DNA of 64,000 nt from an uncultured Eubacteriales bacterium (GTDB taxonomy: Bacteria > Bacillota > Clostridia > Oscillospirales > Acutalibacteraceae): the NCBI GenBank assembly GCA_900315285.1, contig OMYO01000004.1:3000-66999 (forward strand), written 5' to 3'. Position 1 is the first letter of the stretch. Each line of letters starts with the position of its first letter. The position numbers and the translations under genes are program-made. Positions 37,083-47,008 of the stretch are shown here, one piece after another. The notes beneath the pieces were generated by a model that saw only the letters and a program-made list of their open reading frames with translations, had not been told where the DNA came from and did not search any database.

Positions 37083-37463
37083 ATGAAAAAAGTATTAGGC
37101 GTAATCCTTGCTCTTGCACTTGTTTTCACCTTCGCTGTTTCTGCTTCTGCTGCTACCTTCAGCCTCAAGGATCTCACCAAAACCAAGAGCGTAAAAGATC
37201 TTACCGCTACCAAGAGCATCAAAGATCTCACCGGCACCAAGAAGGAGTCTTCTGCTGCTTCTACTACTGCTGTAGTTACCGAGGCTGAGACCACTGCTGC
37301 TGAGAACGCTGACGACGAGAACGGCGAGGACGCTAACGCTGCTGACAAGACCGCTGCTAACAAGAAGACTAAGATTGCCAACACTGGTGACGCTGGTCTC
37401 GCTGTTGCTGGCGCTGTTGCTGCTGCTGCTGCCGCTGCTTTCGTTATCTCCAAGAGAGCATAA
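37083..37463 (+). CDS. Small secreted Ala/Thr-rich protein with a sorting-signal-like C-terminus (IANTG + hydrophobic stretch + KRA)
   Basis: 126 aa. Signal peptide ..AVSASA/ATF. Three 9-aa repeats (S-x-KDLT-x-TK). Acidic middle. C-terminus KIANTGDAGLAVAGAVAAAAAAAFVISKRA. Strong RBS, with a promoter and terminator flanking the gene. Confidence 0.7.
   Translation: MKKVLGVILALALVFTFAVSASAATFSLKDLTKTKSVKDLTATKSIKDLTGTKKESSAASTTAVVTEAETTAAENADDENGEDANAADKTAANKKTKIANTGDAGLAVAGAVAAAAAAAFVISKRA
37161..37241 (+). repeat. 3 x 27-nt in-frame tandem repeat
   Basis: agcctcaaggatctcaccaaaaccaag / agcgtaaaagatcttaccgctaccaag / agcatcaaagatctcaccggcaccaag. Confidence 0.9.
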
Positions 37464-37532
37464 CTTAAGACTCAGTGAATTTAGCCATCTTAAATTAAAC
37501 ATTCCAATTCCTTTAATTTAATAATAATGGCT

Positions 37533-37564
37533 GGACCCCGGAAGTAATTCCGGGGTTCTTTTTC
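37533..37564 (+). terminator. Intrinsic terminator
   Basis: ggaccccggaa / ttccggggttc stem followed by ttttt. Confidence 0.85.
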
Positions 37565-37617
37565 TATGTATTGATTGGGGTGGAGGAAGAGAAATCTGGT
37601 GGCACTTTAGTTGAGTG

Positions 37618-37647
37618 AATTATACAAAATAAATGTTTTGTATAATT
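37618..37647. repeat. Perfect 12-bp inverted repeat with a 6-nt spacer
   Basis: AATTATACAAAA-TAAATG-TTTTGTATAATT. The right arm contains TATAAT. Confidence 0.8.
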
Positions 37648-37753
37648 GAGGGGAGTTAATAAAGGGCGTAGGTATGGGATTTCTGCAATTAGAGCATTTT
37701 TATCCTTATATTTTTATGGGGACTATTCCATTAATAAGTATGTTTTTCTCTCA

Positions 37754-37783
37754 AAAAATTCCAACGAACTCGTTGGAATTTTT
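37754..37783. terminator. Bidirectional terminator-like palindrome inside the AT-rich island
   Basis: AAAAATTCCAACGA-AC-TCGTTGGAATTTTT. Confidence 0.6.
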
Positions 37784-37823
37784 AAGTCACAACTTTCATA
37801 TCATTTTATATTTTCGTATTCAA

Positions 37824-37934
37824 TTATTCGCCGCAAAAAATCTCACCAGAATTTTTCCAATGATCCATTACCTTATTCCAATCGATGCAGTTAAATTCAT
37901 TTATATCGATTTCAGTCTTAAACAGCTGAATTTT
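37824..37934 (-). pseudogene. Possible 3' remnant of a lost gene
   Basis: Minus-strand frame reads ..KTEIDINEFNCIDWNKVMDHWKNSGEIFCGE-stop. It has no start codon and an in-frame stop upstream, and is followed about 40 nt downstream by the 37754-37783 terminator. Confidence 0.25.
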
Positions 37935-38094
37935 TTAATATATTAGTTCGGCAGTCAAATCAGCATTAAAATCAGCAGTTAAATATAAACCAATCGATCA
38001 AAGAAATCCAATTTAAAGCAACAAGATATTTTCATTCCAAATCATTCCTTTGAAATAGAACGAATCACTAAATCGCCCATACATAATAAGAAAT

Positions 38095-38123
38095 AGAAAA
38101 TCCCGCCGAGAACCCCGGCGGGA
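38095..38123 (-). terminator. Intrinsic terminator of the atp operon
   Basis: Minus strand: tcccgccg / cggcggga stem followed by ttttct. Confidence 0.8.
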
Positions 38124-38186
38124 CATTTGCGCTGTAATATAAGAGAATTCCGTGAATCGCGGATTTGTGAAAATTTTAACTAGCTA

Positions 38187-38612
38187 TCAGATCTTATGGG
38201 AGTGGGACGAGACCTTCAGACGCGAAATAGCACGCTGCAGCGCGGCGCGGGACTCCGCATACTCAATACGGCTCAGCTTGCCCTGGAGACGCTCCTGTGC
38301 GCGCTCCTCGGCACGTCTGGCACGGTTCTCGTCAATTTCATCCGGCCACTCAGCAGTATCCACAAGAATGACGACCATGTCCTGATTGACCTCAAGGAAG
38401 CCCTCTGAGAGAACAGCCTCCTCCCACTCCCCTTCCTTTTTGATACGGATGGGGCCGATGGCGACAGCGGATACCATGGGCTCATGCCCGGGCAGGATAC
38501 CGATCTGTCCGCTGGGGGTCTCAAGGATGATCTCCTCAGCCGGCTCGGAGCAGAAGTTCTTCTCCGGCGTCTTGATAACCAGATAAAAGGTCTTTGCAGC
38601 TTCAGTTGCCAT
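38187..38612 (-). CDS. atpC: F1 ATP synthase epsilon subunit
   Basis: 141 aa, last gene of the atp operon. Typical ..[10 protein letters not shown].. segment. Confidence 0.9.
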   Translation of the reverse strand: MATEAAKTFYLVIKTPEKNFCSEPAEEIILETPSGQIGILPGHEPMVSAVAIGPIRIKKEGEWEEAVLSEGFLEVNQDMVVILVDTAEWPDEIDENRARRAEERAQERLQGKLSRIEYAESRAALQRAISRLKVSSHSHKI

Positions 38613-38625
38613 AGAAACCTACTCC

Positions 38626-40032
<1,407 letters not shown>

Positions 40033-40045
40033 TTATTTCGCCTCC

Positions 40046-40936
40046 TTATAGTGATGCGGCACCGCCGACAATCTCCGTGATCTCCTGCGTGATGGCTGCC
40101 TGACGGGCCCGGTTGAAGTCCAGGTTCAGTTTCTCAAGCATTTCCTCCGCATTATCGGATGCTGTCTTCATGGCGGTCATGCGTGCGCACTGTTCGCTGG
40201 TGAATGCCTCTACGAAGCAGGTGTAGATGATCCAGTTCAGATACTTCTTGATAAGCACCTTAAAGACCTCGTGCGGATTCGGAGAATAGTTCAGCATACT
40301 GTCGGGCGCCGTGCTGTCTGTTATTCCAAGGGAAGCCTTGAGGTCATCCGCATTGAGCGGAAGTAGTTTTAACACCGTGGGGACCTGGGCAATAGTGGAC
40401 TTGCACTGGGTGTAGACCACATAGACATCATCATAGGTCTCGTTGTCAAAACGCTCCCGAATGAGTTTCCCAATCTCGTTGGCACGGGTGGTGCTGGGGT
40501 TCCGGACCGGGTAGATGAAGTCCTCATCCACCTTATGGTCGGTCTTTCGAAAATACTCCTGACCCATGCGGCCTGCTATGAGAATTTCCACATTGGCATC
40601 GCCCTGCTTGGCGATAAGCTCCTCCGCCTTTTTGCAGACATTGATATCATATCCGCCGGAGAGACCCTTGTCGCCGGTCATGACAAGGACAGCAACATTG
40701 CGGTTCTTGCCGGTTTTATAGGGACGCTGGTCGAAGTTGTGGTTCTGGATTTCCGCACTGTGGGAGAGGATATCCACCATGACCGTCTCAATATCGTAGA
40801 AGAACGGAGCAGCCTCGGCCTGTTGCTTCTTGGCACGCTTCATCTTAGAGGCCGAGACGATACGCATGGCATTGGTTATCTTCTGAGTCTCCTGAATACT
40901 CTGGATCCTCTGTTTGATTTCTCCTGTGCTGGGCAT
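40046..40936 (-). CDS. atpG: F1 ATP synthase gamma subunit
   Basis: 296 aa. N-terminus IKQRIQSIQETQKITNAMRIVSASKM; C-terminus ITQEITEIVGGA. Confidence 0.95.
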   Translation of the reverse strand: MPSTGEIKQRIQSIQETQKITNAMRIVSASKMKRAKKQQAEAAPFFYDIETVMVDILSHSAEIQNHNFDQRPYKTGKNRNVAVLVMTGDKGLSGGYDINVCKKAEELIAKQGDANVEILIAGRMGQEYFRKTDHKVDEDFIYPVRNPSTTRANEIGKLIRERFDNETYDDVYVVYTQCKSTIAQVPTVLKLLPLNADDLKASLGITDSTAPDSMLNYSPNPHEVFKVLIKKYLNWIIYTCFVEAFTSEQCARMTAMKTASDNAEEMLEKLNLDFNRARQAAITQEITEIVGGAASL

Positions 40937-40952
40937 GCTTCTTCACCTGGCC

Positions 40953-42473
40953 TTAAGACGCCAGAGACTCTTTGTAAGTCTCAATGTCTTTCTTTAATTT
41001 CTCCTCGATCTCCGGGGTGAATTTCTTCTGTGCAAGAAGCTCATCCAGAACAGCACGGTCTGTGCTCTCCACAAACTGGATAAGACCCTGGTTGAATTTC
41101 CCGACCTCCTTGGTGGGAACATCCATCAGATAGCCGTGAACTGCGCTGTAGAGCATGACGATCTGATCCTCGACCTCCAGTGGAGAATACTGGGGCTGCT
41201 TCAGGCACTCATAGAGCCGCTCGCCCTGGGCCAGTTTGTTCCGTGTCCCCTCATCGAGGTCGGAGCCGAACTGGGCAAAGGCAGCCATCTCACGGTACTG
41301 CGCCAGGTTCAGACGGAGCGGACCGGCAATCTGCTTCATGGCCTTCAGCTGGGCATCGCCGCCGACTCGGGATACCGAGAAACCGACGTTGATGGCCGGA
41401 CGCTGACCGGAGTAGAAGAGCTCGGTCTCCAGGAAGATCTGTCCATCTGTAATGGAGATGACGTTGGTGGGGATATATGCGGAGATGTCGCCCGCCTGGG
41501 TCTCAATGATAGGCAGTGCGGTCATGGAACCGCCGCCGAGATCATCAGACAGCTTTGCGGCACGCTCCAGAAGTCTGGAGTGGAGATAGAATACATCGCC
41601 GGGGTAGGCCTCACGTCCGGGAGAACGCTTCAGGAGCAGGGATACAGCACGGTATGCAACAGCGTGCTTGGAAAGGTCATCATATATGATGAGAACGTCC
41701 TTGTGTTCTTCGTACATGAAGTACTCGGCCATGGCACACCCTGCATAGGGGGCGATGTACTGGACGGTGGAACTCTGGTCAGCCGTGGATGCCACAATAA
41801 GGGTATAATCCATGGCACCGTGCTTCTTCAGAGTGTCCTGAATGCCCGCAATAGTAGACGCCTTCTGACCGATGGCGACATAAACGCAAATGACATCCTT
41901 CCCCTTCTGGTTGATGATGGTATCGACAGCAATAGCGGTCTTACCGGTCTGACGGTCGCCGATGATAAGTTCACGCTGGCCGCGGCCGATGGGAGTCATT
42001 GCGTCAATGGCCACAATACCGGTCTGGAGAGGGGTGTCAATAGATTTCCGTTTCAGGATGCCCGGTGCCGGGGATTCGATGGGACGAGCAGTCTCAGTGT
42101 GGATGGCACCGCGCCCGTCCACTGGATGGCCGAGAGGGTCAACGACACGGCCGATGAGTTCATCGCCACAGGGAACGGAGAGAACTTTACCCGTGGTCTT
42201 TACGGTCATGCCCTCTTTGATTTCCCGGTCAGAACCGAGGAGAATGCAGCCGACGTTGTCCTCCTCCAGGTTCATGGCCATGCCGGCCTCCCCGTTCTCA
42301 AAGACGAGAAGCTCACCGTACATGGCATCCTTCAGGCCATATATTCTGGCAATGCCGTCGCCGGACTGGAGCACATAGCCTACGTTTTCCTCAGCGGTTA
42401 TGCTGTCGTAGTTCTCAATTTGCTCCCGGATGACGGCAGTTATTTCTTCCGGTTTCAATTTCATTGCTTTCAC
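40953..42473 (-). CDS. atpA: F1 ATP synthase alpha subunit
   Basis: Walker A GDRQTGKT. 506 aa. Confidence 0.97.
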   Translation of the reverse strand: MKAMKLKPEEITAVIREQIENYDSITAEENVGYVLQSGDGIARIYGLKDAMYGELLVFENGEAGMAMNLEEDNVGCILLGSDREIKEGMTVKTTGKVLSVPCGDELIGRVVDPLGHPVDGRGAIHTETARPIESPAPGILKRKSIDTPLQTGIVAIDAMTPIGRGQRELIIGDRQTGKTAIAVDTIINQKGKDVICVYVAIGQKASTIAGIQDTLKKHGAMDYTLIVASTADQSSTVQYIAPYAGCAMAEYFMYEEHKDVLIIYDDLSKHAVAYRAVSLLLKRSPGREAYPGDVFYLHSRLLERAAKLSDDLGGGSMTALPIIETQAGDISAYIPTNVISITDGQIFLETELFYSGQRPAINVGFSVSRVGGDAQLKAMKQIAGPLRLNLAQYREMAAFAQFGSDLDEGTRNKLAQGERLYECLKQPQYSPLEVEDQIVMLYSAVHGYLMDVPTKEVGKFNQGLIQFVESTDRAVLDELLAQKKFTPEIEEKLKKDIETYKESLAS

Positions 42474-42503
42474 CTTAAGATACAGTATTCGGGAAAGACA
42501 CGA

Positions 42504-43040
42504 TCAGTGGGAGACAAGCTCCTCCTGAAGTGCTTTTAATTTGCCCTTCACGGAATCATCATACAGGGTGTCCCCGACCTGGACCTGGACACCGCCGATA
42601 AGGGATGGATCCACCTTTGTGGTGACCCGGACTCCCCCGGCGCTGTATTTTTTCTGGAACCGGTCGGAAATTTTCCGGATGGTGTCGGGCTCCGCCTCCT
42701 TGGCGGTCGTAATTGTGATATGCAGGATATCCTGCGAATCCTCGCGCATCCTCTGGAAATCAGAACAGATTTCCGGGAGAAGATCAAGGCGATCCTTCCG
42801 AAGAAGGAGAAGAAGAAGCTGGAATGCATAGGCATCCACCTGGGATGCGAAGATGTTCGTCAGCGCCTTTTCTTTCTCCTTCGGGCTCTTCCGCGGATTC
42901 CGGAGGTAACCCTTCAGATCCGGCTGGGAATTCCAGATTTCAGAGAGAAACGACAGATCTTCAGACAGGGCGTCAATTTTTTTCTTGTCTTCTCCAATGG
43001 CAAACAGGGCCGCAGCATATCTCTCAGAGATCAAAGACAT
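42504..43040 (-). CDS. atpH: F1 ATP synthase delta subunit
   Basis: 178 aa. OSCP-like N-terminus ..RYAAALFAIGED... Position in operon. Confidence 0.9.
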   Translation of the reverse strand: MSLISERYAAALFAIGEDKKKIDALSEDLSFLSEIWNSQPDLKGYLRNPRKSPKEKEKALTNIFASQVDAYAFQLLLLLLRKDRLDLLPEICSDFQRMREDSQDILHITITTAKEAEPDTIRKISDRFQKKYSAGGVRVTTKVDPSLIGGVQVQVGDTLYDDSVKGKLKALQEELVSH

Positions 43041-43528
43041 TAGGCAGCTCCGGTTTCATCAAGGAATTTGTCAACGAGTTTCCGGTTCGCCTCGGTGTCG
43101 AGGTTTGCGTCAATAACCTTCGACGCAGCGGCAATGGCGAGTCCGGAGATTTCCGCCTTGGAGTCCTTGATGGCCTTCTCATGCTCCCGCTTGGCATCTT
43201 CCTGGGCGCGGGCAATGATGGCTTTCGACTCCTCCTCTGCCTTGGCAACCGTGTCATCGTACATCTGATTGGCACGGGCGGTCATCTCTTCGACGACCTT
43301 CTGACCATCGGCATGGGCGGTTTTCATCTGGTCTTCATACTGGGCCTTGAGCTCATTGGCCTCCGTCTTGGCCTCCTCTGAATTCTTCAGAGACTCGGCG
43401 ACCTCTTCGCTGCGCTTGTCCATGTAGTTCATGACAGGCTTGAAAAGGACTTTCTTCAGGACGAAATAAAGAATGAGAAGGTTGATGAGTGCGAAGACGC
43501 AGGTGTAAAGATTAATACTTTGCAGCAT
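43040..43528 (-). CDS. atpF: Fo ATP synthase subunit b
   Basis: One N-terminal TM plus a long charged helix. 1-nt overlap with atpH. Confidence 0.9.
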   Translation of the reverse strand: MLQSINLYTCVFALINLLILYFVLKKVLFKPVMNYMDKRSEEVAESLKNSEEAKTEANELKAQYEDQMKTAHADGQKVVEEMTARANQMYDDTVAKAEEESKAIIARAQEDAKREHEKAIKDSKAEISGLAIAAASKVIDANLDTEANRKLVDKFLDETGAA

Positions 43529-43576
43529 GGATAATCACCTGAAAAGTCTGAATTTTACGATACGTGAACTCTGGCC

Positions 43577-43801
43577 TTAGATTTTGCCCGTGATAATGAT
43601 GGCAATAACGAAGGCGAAGATGGCCGTTACCTCAGAGAGGGTGGCGAAGATAAGACCGGTGGACATGATCTTACCGGAGGCCTCCGGGTTTCTGGCGACA
43701 CTCTCCGAAGCCTTGGAAGAGGCAAGGCCGAGGCCAATACCAGCGCCGATAGCGGCGAGCATTGCAATTCCTGCACCGATAGCAATTAATCCTGCGTTCA
43801 T
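43577..43801 (-). CDS. atpE: Fo ATP synthase subunit c
   Basis: 74-aa hairpin; loop ARNPEA; carboxylate in LSEVTAIF. Confidence 0.95.
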   Translation of the reverse strand: MNAGLIAIGAGIAMLAAIGAGIGLGLASSKASESVARNPEASGKIMSTGLIFATLSEVTAIFAFVIAIIITGKI

Positions 43802-43817
43802 AATAAAATCCTCCTAA

Positions 43818-44570
43818 TTACTCGTTATTGATGGCTTCCGATACATAGATGGAAGACAAAAATACAAAGATATATGCCTGAAGTCCTGCGTCGAACAAGT
43901 CAAAGAATGCACTTGCCAGCGGGACGATAGGTTTGACAAAGACAGAACCTGCATAGAGCATGTCCATGATGACGACACCTGCGAAGATGTTACCGAACAG
44001 CCGGAGAGAGAGCGACAGCGTTCTGGTCGCGTAGTCCAGGATGTTGAACGGAAGCATGATAGGCGTCGGTTTCAGGAAGCTCTTTCCATATCCTTTGAGG
44101 CCGGTGTATTTGATGGAAGACATGGGGATAAGACAGATCGTCATGAGTGCCAGTACCAGCGGCAAATTGAGGTCACTGGTGGGCGGCTCGATTTGGAACC
44201 AGACCTTCGGCATCCAGCCAGTCCAGTGGTGGACAAGCTCCGCAGACGGGATGATGTTGAAGATGCTGGCAATGTTGGCAAAGACCAGAAACAGAAGAAT
44301 GGTTCCGAAATAGGGTGTAAAGTCCTTGCCTTTTTTCCCCATATTCTTGACCAAGATGTTCTGGATTCCACCGACAATGGTCTCCGCGACAAGCTGCTTT
44401 CCCTTCGGTACTTTCTCAAACTTCTTCGGCCGCACCAGGATAAGCGCCAGGACGATCATGACCACCATGATGATCCACATCATGACGATGGTGTTCGTCA
44501 CAGGGATGCGGAGCTTACCAAGCGGGATGGTGAACATCACGTCATGGACAAACAAGCTTTCAGTATCCAA
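43818..44570 (-). CDS. atpB: Fo ATP synthase subunit a
   Basis: Conserved Arg in LSLRLFGNIFAG. 250 aa. Confidence 0.95.
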   Translation of the reverse strand: MDTESLFVHDVMFTIPLGKLRIPVTNTIVMMWIIMVVMIVLALILVRPKKFEKVPKGKQLVAETIVGGIQNILVKNMGKKGKDFTPYFGTILLFLVFANIASIFNIIPSAELVHHWTGWMPKVWFQIEPPTSDLNLPLVLALMTICLIPMSSIKYTGLKGYGKSFLKPTPIMLPFNILDYATRTLSLSLRLFGNIFAGVVIMDMLYAGSVFVKPIVPLASAFFDLFDAGLQAYIFVFLSSIYVSEAINNE

Positions 44571-44599
44571 GGTGTATGCCTCTTTTCGTTTGGATTTGT

Positions 44600-44989
44600 T
44601 TATACATAATAATTGGTGGAAATAAGGCCGGTGACCTCAGCCACAATGAACAGCATCATGGCAAAGGGCACGAGACAAACCCCAATTACTGCACACCAGA
44701 AAGTGATACTGGAAAAACGCCAGTAAAAAAATAAAACGACCCCTGTCAGAAGCATGGAAACAATGAGAGAGATTTTCGGAAAGACCCGCTCGGTCCTCCC
44801 CTCTTTCCCAAGGCTTCCATACAGAAAGGAAGTCATAAGAAAATTGGATATACTGAGAAATAAACCAGTTATTATTCCAAGTATGCCCTTGGGCGTGGAC
44901 CATGGTAAAAAGATAAGGACAAGACAGCCTATGGCGGCAAGTACACTCGCCATGGCAATGACCGTCTTTTCCAGTTTCGGATTCACCAT
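44600..44989 (-). CDS. atpI: ATP synthase protein I (AtpI-like small membrane protein)
   Basis: About 129 aa, 4 TM, first gene of the operon. Start chosen at MVNPKLE (44989); the tracked ORF extends to 45061. Confidence 0.7.
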   Translation of the reverse strand: MVNPKLEKTVIAMASVLAAIGCLVLIFLPWSTPKGILGIITGLFLSISNFLMTSFLYGSLGKEGRTERVFPKISLIVSMLLTGVVLFFYWRFSSITFWCAVIGVCLVPFAMMLFIVAEVTGLISTNYYV

Positions 44990-45387
44990 GAAAACGCCCC
45001 GACAATTTTTGCCAAATCGTGAAAAATTTAGCATTAATCTGTTACACAAAGGTTTTACCACTATTCGTGAAAATATTCAACTGAAATTTTGCATTTTTTC
45101 ATCCCCGCGATTTATTTGTTTAAATGGTACAAAAACGCCTGTATAACGTCAATTTTTATTGTTTTTTCAGAAGCTAGTTGGCGGATTGTCTGTAGCATAA
45201 TTCCATTCTTGTTTGTACAATTCTTTTTTACCACCATGAAAATTCACAAAAAATGAAAAATGTAAGCGGCTATTTTTCATTTTTGCTTTTTTGTCGAAAG
45301 ATAAGCTCCGTTTTCCGTTATTTCCGATATGGACATTCTGTAGTAAAATAAGGTCGAGATAAAAATGAAATGCGGAGTAATTGAATA

Positions 45388-46467
45388 ATGATCACTAGAG
45401 AAGACTATGACCAGTTTCCGGACGTCGTGGTTGATTTTTTGAACTATATGAGCGCCATCCGGAACAAGTCCCAGGCCACCATCTCAGAATATGCCATGGA
45501 CTTGCGGACATTTTTCCGTTTCCTGAAACAGGAGCGGCACATGGTTCCCGCCGACACGGAATTCGACGACATAGACATCCGGGACATCGATGACGATTTT
45601 ATCCGTTCCGTCAGTCTAGCAGACGCCTATGCCTTCCTCTCCTACTGCAAGGATGAGCGGCACAATTCCGCAACGACCCGTGCCCGCAAAGTTTCCACCC
45701 TGCGTGCCTTTTTTAAATACTGCACTGTCCAGAAACACATTTTAGAGAAAAACCCTATGCAGGAGCTGGACACTCCCAAGCTCAAGCATACCCTCCCAAA
45801 ATATCTCACCTTGGACGAGAGCGTAGATCTGCTTGAGGTTGCCGCTGAAGGCCCCAACAAGGAGCGGGACTTTGCCATCATCACACTCTTCCTCAACTGC
45901 GGAATGCGTCTCTCCGAGCTTGTCAGCCTTAATTACACCGATATTCGGGACGACCACACCATCCGTATCACCGGTAAAGGAAACAAAGAGCGTACCATCT
46001 ATTTGAACGACGCATGTATGAGAGCCATAAACAATTACATGAGGGTTCGCCCTGTGGACGGTGTCAAGGACAAAGAGGCTCTTTTCCTCAGCAGCCGGCT
46101 TCAGAGAATCAGTCCAAAGACCGTTCAGCATATTGTCACCACAGACCTGGAAAAAGCCGGACTCAAGGGCTACTCCGTCCATAAACTCCGCCACACCGCT
46201 GCCACGCTTATGTACCAGTACGGCAACGTCGACATCCTTCAGCTCAAGGAGATCCTTGGCCACGAAAATGTTGGCACTACGCAAATCTATACCCATGTGG
46301 TAAACGACGAGTTAAAGGCCGCTACCGACGCCAACCCCTTGAATGCAGAAAAAATAAAAAAGAAAGTCCGGGACGATATGCGACATCGCGAGGACCAGGA
46401 GCAAAAGCTTCTAGCAGAACAACAGCATGAAGAGCAGAAAAATGACCCCCAGCCACCAGAAAGTTAA
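45388..46467 (+). CDS. Tyrosine site-specific recombinase (Xer-like) with a charged C-terminal tail
   Basis: Catalytic residues in GMRLSEL, HKLRHTAAT and LGHENVGTTQIYTHV. SAM-like N-terminal domain. K/E/Q-rich last 50 aa. Confidence 0.85.
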   Translation: MITREDYDQFPDVVVDFLNYMSAIRNKSQATISEYAMDLRTFFRFLKQERHMVPADTEFDDIDIRDIDDDFIRSVSLADAYAFLSYCKDERHNSATTRARKVSTLRAFFKYCTVQKHILEKNPMQELDTPKLKHTLPKYLTLDESVDLLEVAAEGPNKERDFAIITLFLNCGMRLSELVSLNYTDIRDDHTIRITGKGNKERTIYLNDACMRAINNYMRVRPVDGVKDKEALFLSSRLQRISPKTVQHIVTTDLEKAGLKGYSVHKLRHTAATLMYQYGNVDILQLKEILGHENVGTTQIYTHVVNDELKAATDANPLNAEKIKKKVRDDMRHREDQEQKLLAEQQHEEQKNDPQPPES

Positions 46468-46508
46468 ACGGTGACCAGGGGTCATTTCATTGTCTCTCAG
46501 ATAAAGTC

Positions 46509-46946
46509 TTATTTCTTGTCGACTTTCTCCGGCTTTTTCTCGGAGGACCCTGCCTTTTTCTGCTTTTTGGCAGCCTGCTTTGCGGCCTCCTGAGCAGCCT
46601 TTGCCTCCTTTACACGGTTATCCGCGGAGACATTGGTGGCAATAGCGGTCTTGGTGAAGCGGATTTTGTTGCGGTCAGCGCCAGTCTCAATGACAACAGA
46701 GTCGTCCTTGACCGAAACAACGCGGCCCATAATACCACCGATGGTGAGGACCTCGTCCCCTACTTTCATGCTGTCACGCATGGCAGCCTCTTCCTTCTTC
46801 TGTTTCTTGTCTCTGCGGGAGATGAAGAACATGTAGACGACGAAGAAGAGAAGGAGAACGACCATCCAGACCGTGGTGCTGCCGCCGCCCTGACTTCCAG
46901 ACGGGGTGTTAGCGAGAAGCTGAAAGGTGATTGCTGAAAAATCCAT
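46509..46946 (-). CDS. yajC: Preprotein translocase subunit YajC (extended)
   Basis: TM, then RRDKKQKKE.., then GDEVLTIGGIMGRVVSV. K/A/E-rich C-terminal tail. Confidence 0.85.
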   Translation of the reverse strand: MDFSAITFQLLANTPSGSQGGGSTTVWMVVLLLFFVVYMFFISRRDKKQKKEEAAMRDSMKVGDEVLTIGGIMGRVVSVKDDSVVIETGADRNKIRFTKTAIATNVSADNRVKEAKAAQEAAKQAAKKQKKAGSSEKKPEKVDKK

Positions 46947-47008
46947 ATTGGATTCCCTCCTGTAAACGTACAGTTAGTACTTAATTTCCTGAGCCATTAT
47001 AGCACAGG

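Larger units (their letters stand above)
37565..38094. other. AT-rich island without convincing coding capacity
   Basis: Visibly far more A+T-rich than both flanks. Only two overlapping low-complexity plus-strand ORFs. Contains palindromes, an internal bidirectional terminator and a short gene-end remnant. Confidence 0.6.

Noticed and set aside
37161-37241. Short repeat array considered as a mini-CRISPR
   Set aside because: It is three contiguous 27-nt units without spacers, in frame inside a coding sequence, encoding a 9-aa peptide repeat.
37646-37946. 82-aa and 90-aa plus-strand ORFs in the AT-rich island as real genes
   Set aside because: They overlap each other in different frames and are F/I/L/Y/N-rich, as expected from AT-rich DNA. 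They read straight through a strong terminator palindrome and lack convincing RBS spacing.
43577-43801. Possible Na+-translocating c-subunit
   Set aside because: The Na+ signature recalled from Ilyobacter/Propionigenium/Acetobacterium (Gln in helix 1 plus E-S-T around the carboxylate) is not met. Helix 1 has GIGLG (Leu) and helix 2 has S-E-V-T. It is most simply an H+-type c-ring.
45062-46508. Recombinase as the boundary of a prophage, ICE or genomic island
   Set aside because: Both flanks are core operons (atp, yajC-tgt-queA). I saw no cargo genes, no tRNA target and no flanking repeats.
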